A model generated the notes under the pieces. It was not told the DNA's origin, did not search any database, and saw nothing but the letters and a program-made list of their open reading frames with translations. This document shows positions 54,000-64,000 of a DNA stretch of 64,000 nt, piece by piece. How positions within the stretch are numbered: the first letter of the stretch is position 1; every line of letters begins with the position of its first letter. The translations under genes were made by a program, and so were the position numbers. Source of the stretch: Chiloscyllium plagiosum (taxonomy: Eukaryota); assembly GCF_004010195.1 (NCBI RefSeq), contig NC_057720.1:29851631-29915630 (forward strand), written 5' to 3'.

Positions 54000-54455
54000 T
54001 ATTAACATTCTACAGCTCTCGTCTTCCTCAACTCCCACTTCTCTACCTTTTCCCGGATAATCTTGATTCTCTTCTTAAACATGTCTATCACGGCTTTAAA
54101 TTGATTTAATGGCCCAGTCTTCTGCAGATTTAATTCCACAGATTCACTTGTTTACCAAACAAAAAGGGAAATCTTCCACATCTCTGTTTTAAATATGCCA
54201 CCCCTTATCCTCAGATTCTCCCCTCTGGTCCACAAGGAGAAAATGACTTCTCCTCAACTACCCTGTCAAATCCTCTAAGACTTTTGCATGTTTCAATAAG
54301 GTTTCTCACTCTTCTAAATTCCAATGGGTGCAGGCCTAACCCATTCTGATAAGACTGTCCCTCCCTATCCGGTATCAACCCGTGTGAACCTTCTCTGGAT
54401 TGCCTCCAATGACAGCATAGCTTTCTTTAGACAAGGGCCTGAAAATGTTCACAGT
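54000..54455 (-). mobile_element. Decayed CR1 fragment
   Basis: It is similar to 59700-60110 (ATTCCACAGATTCAC; GTGAACCTTCTCTGGATTGCCTCCAA). Confidence 0.65.
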
Positions 54456-56342
54456 AATCCAACTCTCTCTCAAATCTTCAAATTTGTCTGTAAAGCTTTC
54501 TGGCGGTGGAAACAGAAAATCTCCTCACAGGTGGAAACCAGTCATCCTGAATGTGAGAGGAGCTGCTCAGATGTGGTAAAGCTTAACTAGGGAGATCTCA
54601 AGGCAACAGCCGAGAGACTATTCACCCTGACAGAATGGTGAGCCTTTCCGGTTTATTTCTTTGCTCATTCTATTCGGCAGGTTCAGATTCATCTGCAAAA
54701 GACATACTTTCCCTTGTGGAACAGGCATACTTACATAAATGTATGCTGGCTTGTCTGTTGTGTGAATGTTTAGCAATGATTATAAACCCAATACAGGTAC
54801 AATTCTTGATGTGGGTAACATCAGGGTAAGATGCAGAGGCTGATGTCAATCTCGATGCAGTAAAGGAATTTGGAGGATATTTCAAAGAGGTGTTCAGGGA
54901 GATGACAGGTATAAGGTGGACAAGGTAGAGCTGTTTCCATTTGCTGATCCTACCAGAACGGGTTGGGGGTGGGGGAAGAGACAGAGATTTAGGGTTTTAA
55001 GGAAGAGCTGTGTGAGATTCTCACTGGCAGCGATTTGAAACGTTTTGCCTCGCAGCGTGCAGGAAGCGGAGATCATCAACCACTTCATCGCACAGGGCCA
55101 CGTGAGAGAGCAGGGGAATGACACTCACTGGATTGCTGTACAGAAAGCTAGCATGGCCTCAATAGGCCGAATGGTCTTCTTCTGCGTCTTGTGATTCAAT
55201 GACATATACAGAAAAGATCCGAACCTTTAGAGCCTGGTTAAATTAGTAGAGTATAGAAGAGAAAGAATACATTAGAAAAAAATGAGTAGATTAAAAAGGA
55301 AATAACAAACAAAAAAGATATTATAAAAGAAACTGAATATGCAAATCAGATTGTGTACATCTCCAGTGAAACTAATACCTGCGTCGATGTGCCTTAGTAA
55401 CGAACGAATTTTTGTTTTGATAACTGACGTCCCGGACTGGTCTGACTCCTTGTTCCCATGCAGTCTCAGCTCGGCAATCTCTGTTGGTCCCTTGCTGTCT
55501 CCGATTTGAAAAGCTCGGCACTTTAATGGTCCAAAATTCCCCTCCTAATGAAACAGGCGGGCGTGGGGAAGAAGTTTGGATGGGGATTTTCCACTCAGTC
55601 TCCTGGCGTCGGTGTCACATTGGTTTTGATCAGATAAAGCTCATATTTCCAATGATTAGCTTTCTGACAGCTCGTCAGGTTTCAAATGGAGGCGAATGAA
55701 AGCAAGGACTGTCAGGACTGATGAGTTCATTGTTTGACTACAAGCTGATGTGATTTTTGTGGTTACCAGGTGGATTTAGCAGAGTAGTGTTTGAATTAAT
55801 TGCATATCACCGCGGAGCTGAGAATGGAACGAGTTAAAGCCCCTTTCACTTGTACAAACTTTGATTTAAGACTCAGTGACAATCCGCCCTGACAACAGAG
55901 TGTACCTGCTTACGCTAATGAGCTGCCCTGGATACCTCAGCCTCCATTCTTGCGATTCTAATTCCCCAACCCCACACACCCACATTGCTCCTCAGCGGTA
56001 AAGTGGCAAATGGAATGGGATAACAGGCTCCTTCCCAGTCCCAGAGGCCGCTATAGGGCTCCATGGCACCTTGCAGTCCGTTCAAAGCTGGGGCGTGGGG
56101 GTCAAATCCACTCGGGTGACCTGGGAGGAGGTTCTGATTTCTGTGTAAAGAGGAGACATAAAGGTTAACTCCAATCCTGAACGGCGTTCATTCTCAAAAA
56201 TCAAAACGAAAACTGGCCCAAAGGTGGAGAGACCTCAAGCGTCAGCTCTGTGAATGAATATACAGCGAGAGGGATTTTGCAACCAGGGGATGGGGTCGAG
56301 GTGATTGGAGAGAATGGGAGGCTTCACTCCCCCTGCAGGATA

Positions 56343-56505
56343 GGGGTCCAGAGTGTGATCCTGGAAAAGCACAGCAAGTCAGGCAGCATCCCAGGAGCAG
56401 GAAAATCGACGTTTCGGGCATAAGCCCTTCATCGGGATTCCTGCTGTGCTTTTCCAGCACCATACTCCCGACTCTGATCTCCAGCATCTGTAGTCCTCAC
56501 TTTCT
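56343..56505. mobile_element. Inverted (fold-back) PLE terminal fragment with 12-bp flanking direct repeats
   Basis: A minus-strand tail and hammerhead join a plus-strand tail (CTGCTGTGCTTTTCCAGCAC...CCAGCATCTGTAGTCCTCACTTTCT). CCCTGCAGGATA flanks it at 56331-56342 and 56506-56517. Confidence 0.75.
56404..56440 (-). ncRNA. Hammerhead motif with a core mutation (CCGAUGA), probably impaired
   Basis: The reverse complement reads GAATC-CCGATGA-A-GGGC-TTAT-GCCC-GAAAC-GTC-GATT, a U4-to-C change in the core. Confidence 0.6.
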
Positions 56506-56666
56506 CCCTGCAGGATATGGCCAATGGGCCCTCCAAAAGAGACAGTCTCTGCAATTGTCGGCACTGCCTTATGGAGGATATGGGAGTGTGAAGCATGAAC
56601 GAGTTTGCTTAGTTCAGTCGCCCTCAGCAGGGAATGTGTGGTCATGCTGTCGACAGGCTGGCTAAT

Positions 56667-56975
56667 CAACCCCGGGGCATCAATGTGGACTTCACCGGTT
56701 TCCAGATTCCCCCTTCCCCCATCTAATCCCAGTTTCAACCTTCCAGCTCAGCAGAGTCCTCATGACCTGACCCACCAATCCGCTCCACCCTCCCCTCTGA
56801 CCTATCACCTTCACCCCCACCTCCACTCACCTATTGCACTCAGTTACCTTCTCCCCAGACCCACCCCCTCCCATTTATCTTTCCAGCCTCATTCCTGATG
56901 AAGGGCTTTTGCCCGAAACGTCGATTTTCCTGCACCTCGGATGCTGCCTGACCTGCTGTGCTTTTCCAGCACCAT
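56667..56975 (+). mobile_element. 3' fragment of a Penelope-like retroelement
   Basis: From 56667 it translates QPRGINVDFTGFQIP, resembling the PxG(L/I)N C-terminal motif of PLE GIY-YIG domains. A pyrimidine-rich tract, the hammerhead and the family tail GGATGCTGCCTGACCTGCTGTGCTTTTCCAGCACC follow. Confidence 0.75.
56891..56926 (+). ncRNA. Minimal type I hammerhead ribozyme motif in a PLE 3' end
   Basis: ATTC-CTGATGA-A-GGGC-TTTT-GCCC-GAAAC-GTC-GATT has an intact core, a perfect 4-bp stem II and a palindromic ACGT stem III. The predicted GUC cleavage site is after 56922. Confidence 0.75.
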
Positions 56976-57329
56976 GCTAACTTTGGCTAATGTGGCAACG
57001 CTTGATGGGAAATGTGATGCACACGTCAAACACAGTATAGCTGATATTTCACAGATGTGAATACGACTATGCAAAGCAGTTGAGTGTTTAAAAAAAAAAC
57101 ACTGCTGAGTTGCTGGCTGGGTCAGCATTTATTACCCGTCGCGAGTTGTTTTTGGGAAGGTAACGGTGAGACGCCTTCTTGAACCGCTGCAGTCCATGTG
57201 CCCTGTGTTGTTTAATGTGATCGTTTGAATTACATCAGAAAAGCATAAACCCTCCATGATTTCGACACAAAAGTAAGATTACACTCTGACTAAACGTGCA
57301 CCTTTCTTGTACCCCATTGCCTCTAACAG

Positions 57330-57736
57330 ATTCGCCGATTAACACGACAGGGACACCTGTCTCCAGCAGCGGGAGTAACCTGGTGCAAACTCACTCCTAC
57401 TCGTCCTCTCCTCTCAGCCTGTTCCGGCTACAAGAGCAGTTCCGTCAGCACATGGCAGCTACCAACAACCTCGTCCACTACTCTTCCTTCGACATGGGGA
57501 GCCCGCCGGCCATGCCATACCTGGGCATGAATATGAATGTAGCGCCCATCAGCTCTCTCCACTGCCAGTCCTACTACCAGTCGCTCTCGCACGCCCAGCA
57601 AGTGTGGTCGAGCCCGATCCTGCAAGCGTCGAGCGCCCTGCCCAATCTCAACAGCAAAACGACCAGCATCGAGAATCTTCGGCTCCGAGCCAAGCAGCAC
57701 GCAGCGTCCCTGGGACTGGACAGTCTACCAAACTGA
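57330..57736 (+). CDS. dmbx1: dmbx1 coding exon 4 with OAR motif and stop (DSP...[27 protein letters not shown])
   Basis: Acceptor CTAACAG ends at 57329, and G+AT gives Asp. It encodes [33 protein letters not shown] and the OAR motif [12 protein letters not shown]. The TGA stop ends at 57736. The four exons total 154+179+355+407 = 1095 nt with no frame break. Confidence 0.97.
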
Positions 57737-58443
57737 CCCGGCTGGCTCGACAGGAACAGGAGGAAGGCGACGTGCTTTTCTGGAGAAACGTACAACCAAA
57801 CACACCGTACGCATCATTTAGGTCTATTTAGATGTCCCTGGTTTTGACCAGATACTTTAAAGTCACGTCCATAAATGAGAAATGTCTATTCAATGAGTAG
57901 GAGGAAATCGAGGCACTGCGCTTCTACAAGGGCAACTGAAATTAACTAACTCTTTCAACTAATATCTCACCAGTCCTGTTCAAATTGAAACAAAAACAAT
58001 CACTTAATGCCCACCCATAACATTTGGTAGACAGTTGATAGTCAGATTTTACTGATGCAATGTCCCAACCGCTCCAAAACGACACAAGGCTGAGATTTGC
58101 AAAGCACGTGTCTCCTAAAAGAGAAATAGCTACAACGCCCCAATGCAGCGCTTCTTAAAGGCGCAGACACCCCGGAAGCAGCCCCGCCGGATGGGATCAT
58201 TGTAATCGGTTTTCAATGTTAAAACAAAACCGAGCCGTTAAAAAAACTTACTTTTTTGTTTCCAAATTACTTTTTTTAAAAGGCACCGGCAGTGAGATTC
58301 TTAATAACTGCGTTTAACCAGGTCACGCTATACAAAGAAACTAGTGAAAATTGCTCGAGATAGCCCGAGCTGTCCCGGATTCTGCCTTTTCCCACTTTTG
58401 ACTGCAAAAGAGTACTTACTGAACAGCAGAGATGAGCACTGAT

Positions 58444-58682
58444 AAAACAACGGACTGCGGATGCTGAGGACCTGAAACAAAAACAGGAAGTGCTGGAGAT
58501 ACTCTGCAGGTCTGGCAGTATCTGTGGAGAGAGAAAGCAGAGTTTAACTTTTTGAGTCCAGCAACCCTTCTTCAGAACATGTTCTTCACAGTTATGATTA
58601 GATTGGAAACGTCAACTCTGTTCCTTTCCCCACAGATGCTGTCAGACCTGCTGAGTTTCTCAAGCGATTTCCATTTATGTTA
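58444..58682. mobile_element. Palindromic PLE-derived element downstream of the dmbx1 stop
   Basis: The left arm (GCTGGAGATACTCTGCAGGTCTGGCAGTATCTGTGG...CCCTTCTTCAGAAC) and right arm (GAAACGTCAACTCTG...CCACAGATGCTGTCAGACCTGCTGAGTTTCTC) are diverged reverse complements. Confidence 0.7.
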
Positions 58683-58821
58683 TTACTGGATTGGAATTGT
58701 GCAATCTAAGCTCCGCAGCAACAGACTTTTTTTTAACCGCATTCCAAGATCAAACTTGAAATCTGTTCCCTGAACATCATAAAACGCCTCTTTAAAATTT
58801 TAGAAGCACGTAGTATTGAGA

Positions 58822-59233
58822 CACAGCAGTGCTGCCTCACAGCGCCAGAGACCTGGGTTCAATTCCCGCCTCAGGCGACTGTCTGTGTGGAGTTGGCACA
58901 TTCTTCCCTTGTCTGCGTGGTTTCCTCGGGGTGCTCCAGTTTCCTCCCACAGTCACAGCAGTGCTGCCTCACAGCGCCAGAGACCTGGGTTCAATTCCCG
59001 CCTCAGGCGACTGTGTGGAGTTTGTACATTCTCCCCTTGTCTGCGTGGTTTCCTCGGGGTGCTCCAGTTTCCTCCCACAGTCCAAAGATGTGCAGGTCAG
59101 GTGAATTGGCCATGCTAAATTGACCGTAGCGTTAGGTTAGGGGAATGGCTGAGTTGCGCTTCAGCGGGTCGGTGTGGACTTGTTGGGCCGAAGGGCCTGT
59201 TTCCACACTGTAAAGTAATCTAATCTAATCTAA
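58822..59233 (+). mobile_element. HE1/V-SINE-like tRNA-derived SINE with an internal tandem duplication
   Basis: It has a B-box GGTTCAATTCC and a V-domain-like core (TCTGCGTGGTTTCCTCGGGGTGCTCCAGTTTCCTCCCACAGTC). Its 3' end GGGCCGAAGGGCCTGTTTCC is shared with the CR1 tails in this window, followed by a (TAATC)n tail. Confidence 0.85.
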
Positions 59234-59572
59234 ATTGCGTCCGAGGCAATTGCAATTTAGCAACATCCAGACTGAAGGGTGTAACTTGCAGCCCAGTGTT
59301 AACAACCGTTTTCAAACACAAACTGATACTAGACAGAAACTTTAAGATTCTGACAAGTTATGAGTTTGAATTTTAACCAACATTTGAACACAGGCTGCCC
59401 CGGTCAGCGGCAGGGCCATTATCACTACACCATGAGGTTTTAGCTTGTATAGTTTCCCTTACATTGCTGAGGTGATTATCTTACTGATTGGAGGATCTTG
59501 CTGGTTATATCACTTGTAGATTTTCATATTGGTCTTTACGTTATCTGCTCAGCTTATGATGCTATTTACATG

Positions 59573-60420
59573 AGAACATAAGAACCAGGAGCAGGACCAG
59601 GACCCTTCGAGCCTACTCCGCCTTTCAATAATACCATGGCTGATCGTTTTGTGGCCTCAGCTCCACTTACCCGCCCTCTCATCATAACCCTTGATACCTT
59701 TATTGTTTAAGAAATTATCTATCTTAGCTTTAAAAGCATTAACTGAGGAAGCCTCATCCACTTCACTTGGCAGAGAATTCCATAGATTCACAACCCTCTG
59801 GGTGAAGAAGTTCCTTCTCAATTCAGTCCTAAATCTGCTCCCTCTAATTTTGACACTTTGCCCTCTTGTCCTAGTTTCAACTGCCAGTGGAAACATCCTC
59901 TCTACTTCTAACTTATCCATTCCCTTCCTAATTTTATATGTTTCAAAAGATCCATCTCATTCTTCTAAATTCCAGTGAATATAATCACGGTCTATTGTCT
60001 CTTCTCATAAGCCAACACCCTCAACTCCGAATCAACTTACTGAACCTCCTCTGCGCCCCTTCTAGTGTCAGTATATCCTTTCTCAAGTAAGGAGACCAAA
60101 ACTGCACAGTACTCCAACTGTGCCCTCACCAGCACCCTATACAGCTGCAACATAACCTCTCTGATTTTATAATCAATCCCTTTAGCGATGCAGGGACAAA
60201 ATTCCATTTGCCTTCCTAATTACCTGTTGCACCTGCAGACTAACCTTCTGTGATCCATGCACAAGGATACCCAAGTCCCTCTTCACAGCAGTGTGTTGCA
60301 ATTCCTTACCATTCAAGTCATAGCCCTTTTTTACTGTTAATCCTGTCCAAATGGATGATTTCACATTTATTCAGATTGTACCCCATCTGTCAGGCCTTTG
60401 CCCACTCACTTAAACTATCT
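59573..60420 (-). mobile_element. CR1 LINE 3' fragment, second subfamily
   Basis: It encodes RDLGILVHGSQKVSLQVQQVIRKANGIL and TRTRGQSVKIRGSRFRTELRRNFFTQRVVNLWNSLP. The tail is TTCTTATGTTCT. Confidence 0.88.
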
Positions 60421-61321
60421 ATTTGATGGATCCAATGACGTTTAAAGGAAATGGTAACATTAGTTTGACAATGAAACCCAAGACTTTGAAAACGTTTCGC
60501 CCTGTGCTGAATCAGAGTTGCGCCAATGATCAGGAATTTCTCTGTCTATGTAATCGGCGCTGCGTGCGAGCAGGCGAGGCCGAGGTACACGGCGCTGAGG
60601 GCGTTTCCAACTCCTAGCGCTTGTTGTAATGGTAGAGAAGGGAACGACACCGCAAAATTCAAGTCATCTTCAACCAGTTTTTGCAAATCGCCGTAATAGA
60701 AAACAAAGAAGGCTGACGTCAATTTCACACGCGCGTTTCAAACACGAAGTTAGGGCGCCAGCTCCTTTTCTGTGGATTAATTTAGTGATGAATTTATAAA
60801 GCGAAGAGAGAGGTTTATGGGCACCTCCTGTTTAAAATGAACCACCTCCTTACATTTGACGGTTGCAGATACTTGAATTGATATCACCATCCAGATCAAA
60901 CTTAGCAAGTTCTCAATAAAAGGTTTCCCCCTTTTCAAAAGTGTTTCATTATTGCCAACTTGCATAAAACACTGGTGCATGTTTCTAAATTTCTTGATGG
61001 CAATGTTTATCTTTAAGGGGACACCGTGCACCATATTTAGGTATCTCTTTGCATTATAAACATGATGCTGGCCGTGCAACAGCATGTCTTCAGAGTTGGG
61101 GTGTCGAGGAACTGAAGATTCCTCAGAGAGACAGCGGGGACCCTTGATATTTTACAATGTCTTTATTGCCGACACGGGAGGCAAATGTTCTTCCGGAATG
61201 CATACAATCCTGTTTCTTGCTTGGGATTGGGCAGCGAGTGAGATTTTATAATGAAGATAGTCCGGAAAAGCTGGTAGCCTAGACTTTAAAAACCGAACAA
61301 AAAAAAACTGCTGTCAGTGAG

Positions 61322-61469
61322 AAATAAAAACAGAAATTCTTGATAAAGCTTAGCAGATCTGACAGCATCTATGGTGAGAAATCGGAGTTAACGTTACCCG
61401 GACCTGAAACGTTAACTCTGCACAGATGCTGCCAGACCTGCTGAGCTTTTCCAGCAATTTCTGTTTTTG
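61322..61469. mobile_element. Palindromic PLE-derived element
   Basis: AAAAACAGAAATT...AGCAGATCTGACAGCATCT...GAGTTAACGTT pairs with AACGTTAACTC...AGATGCTGCCAGACCTGCT...AATTTCTGTTTTT. Confidence 0.75.
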
Positions 61470-62139
61470 AGCCTAGTCTTTAACTTGTGGCCACATTTTA
61501 TACAAGTCATTTCCAAAATATTTGAGGTGGGTGGGTGAGACGCTTGGGTTTTCCCATTCTCTTTCTCCTGCTTACGCCTGTTTAAATGTTTGGCATCTCT
61601 GTGGATATTTCTGCTCCAATTTGGGCAGCCTGAGATTCCCATGAACTGGTGGGGATGTTGCATTATTTTTAGGAATGCTTTGAGGATGTCCTTAAGGCTT
61701 TTCCTCTGCCCTTCTTTTTCATGAAGCTCGATGAAGAGAGCAGTAATGAACATTAGCAAGCACATTGCCAGTGGATGGACCAGATCTGGTGCAGAGTTAT
61801 GAATGAGCTGTTGATGAAGCATGGAGGGTCAGATGTCAATTGGCCTGCTTGAGTCTGGAGAGAGAAAAAAACACATGGCTCTGGCTCAGTAGCAGAGGAG
61901 AATGCAGAATATACATTATATAGAGCCAAATGTTTGTGATATTGGTGATGGTGAGAAGGTCATCTCAGGGTCAATTATGACAGGGAGGTTCAGCATTAGA
62001 CTGTGGCTTGGACAGGAAAAGATCCTGCTGTCATCTTGGTTAGTTGCTACTGTAATTATTAGAGGTTTTTTTCTGATATACAAGTTAACATTTTTCAATC
62101 TGAATGGAATCAAATAAAATGAAATTATTTTGATGTTTG

Positions 62140-62858
62140 GTCATAGAGTCATAGAGATGTATAGCATGGTCCAACCCATCCATGCAGACCAGATATCCCA
62201 ACCCAATCTAGTCCCACCTGCCAGCACCCAGCCCATATCCCTCCAAACCCTTCCTATTCATATACCCATCTAAATGCCTCTTAAATGTTGCAATTGTACC
62301 AGCCTCCACCACATCCTCTGGCAGCTCATTCCATACACGTACCACCCTCTGCATGAAAAGGTTGCCTCTTAGGTCTCTTTTATATCTTTCCCCTCTCACC
62401 CTAAACCTATGCCCTCTAGTTCTGGATTCCCCGACCCCAGAGTAAAGACTTTGTCTATTTATCCTATCCATGCCCCTCATAATTTTGTAAACCTCTATAA
62501 GGTCACCCCTCAGCCTCCGACGCTCCAGGGAAAACAGCCCCAGCCTGTTCAGCCTCTCCCTGTAGCTCTGATCCTCAAACCCTGGCAGCATCCTTGTAAA
62601 TCTTTTCTAAACCCTTTCAAGTTTCACAACATCTTTCTGATAGGAAGGAGACCAGAATTGCATGCAATATTCCAACAGTGGCCTAACCAATGTCCTGTAC
62701 AGCCGCAACATGACCTCCCAACCCCTGTACTCAATACTCTTACCAATAAAGGAAAGCATACCAAACACCTTCTTCACTATCCTATCTACCTGCGACTCCA
62801 CTTTCAAGGAGCTATGAACCTGCACTCCAAGGTCTCTTTGTTCAGCAACACTCCCTAG
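62140..62858 (-). mobile_element. Young 5'-truncated CR1 LINE (ORF2 C-terminus and 3' tail)
   Basis: It encodes RLYRTLVRPLLEYCMQFWSP...LERV*KRFTRMLPG...LFSLERRRLRGDLIEVYKIM...VVRVWNELP in one frame with a single nonsense codon (62607-62609). The tail is (CTCTATGA)n. Confidence 0.92.
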
Positions 62859-64000
62859 GTGAATCGTTTTACAAGCAGAAACTGGTCTGGCATTGAGATC
62901 ATCTGTCTGCTAAGCAGCCACATTATTTCGATTTTGTTTCATCAAAGGCCACACTGATGAATAGCACTGTTACTGCTAACAATTTTTAATGGATCCTTGA
63001 CTATATTTACAAATTTAAATGCTATTACACCACAGATTAATAGCAATATCATCCAAATAAAAATTCTACAATTCAAATCATGAACAATAAAACAAGTTGT
63101 CAGCTCAGAGTGAAATAGCATGAAAAAACATCTGGCTATAATGTCTTGTTTAAGCTCACTGCTTTCATTGAAATAAAAGTTCTCAGAATTTATCTATGTA
63201 TCAAAAAATGCTAACAACAGTAAATTATAGCTTCACATTATTTTCTAACTATTTTGCCCATTAAAATTCCTTGGATTGATATTATCACATTTTAAAAACT
63301 TTCCCATTCCTTTATGTTGATCGCTGGTTAAAGTGTAGCTGTTATTCACAGCCTAACAGTGGACCACTTCCTAATGTCTGTGCCCCTCACCATGCAGACC
63401 CATGTCCCAATGACCATCTGGCTAAAATTATGTCAAAATCTTTCAATCAACAAGTAAAACCACTGAGAGATAACAGCAAGAGGCATAGAAGAGAATACAG
63501 CTGTTCATACTAACAATCTGCAGTCAAACCTACCAGGTGGCAACTGAAGGCCCCATTGTGGGAAAGTCTGTAAGAATGAGATATGGCTCATATGCAACCT
63601 GCAAACTCACAGTCAACACCAACATCTCACTTTCATTCAGCCATCTACAAGGAAAAATCATTATTGATATAAAAGATTATTAATAATGACAACCGAGTTA
63701 CAAGGTCTTGTCCATGTCAAAATTGTAAAGTTAAACACTTACATGCCATAATGAAGCACAATGCACAAGCTGCAATGCCAGTGCCCCTGTAATCTTAACA
63801 TTCTTAATCCATTTAGATCAGCAAAACACAAAAACACCATTTTCAGTCTTTGCTGTCATTTAGGTTAAATTCACTCTATATAAAATAAATAACTAGATTA
63901 GTTCTTAGTTATGGTTAAACAATAATATTATTGAAAAAGTACTTAGCACATTTTTATGGCACTCACTGCTATCCTATTGGTGGCATTAGCCCATTTAAAA

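Noticed and set aside
57428..57795. Antisense ORFs over the last exon
   Set aside because: They are shadows of a GC-rich coding strand with no recognisable protein similarity.
58822..58875. tRNA-like sequence with a B-box
   Set aside because: It is a truncated SINE head with no full cloverleaf.
63530..63544. CTCF-like CTACCAGGTGGCAAC
   Set aside because: It has a mismatch at a core position and no supporting context.

Overview
Vertebrate genomic DNA, most likely a cartilaginous fish, judged from shark-type HE1/V-SINE, CR1 LINE and Penelope-like repeats. It holds one protein-coding gene, dmbx1 (K50 paired-class homeobox with a C-terminal OAR motif), on the + strand. Its four coding exons (45580-45733, 50630-50808, 53416-53770, 57330-57736) splice with GT-AG junctions into 1095 nt, or 364 aa plus stop. 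A probable promoter and non-coding first exon lie about 31 kb upstream (donor after 14703), inside a long CpG-retaining, repeat-poor domain containing enhancer-like homeodomain-site clusters. The rest is intron or intergenic DNA with decayed CR1 LINEs, tRNA-derived SINEs and many short Penelope-like (PLE) fragments. The main observations are: (1) minimal hammerhead-ribozyme cores in several PLE families, often arranged as fold-back palindromes; (2) two PLE ends that each sit beside a copy of DNA found about 715 bp downstream; (3) a predicted spliced uORF ending 5 nt before the dmbx1 ATG; (4) a GCAFQ-coding segment matching the mammalian alternative-acceptor insert, but preceded by CG instead of AG. 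Family names come from my recognition of the sequences, not from database searches, and repeat boundaries are approximate.
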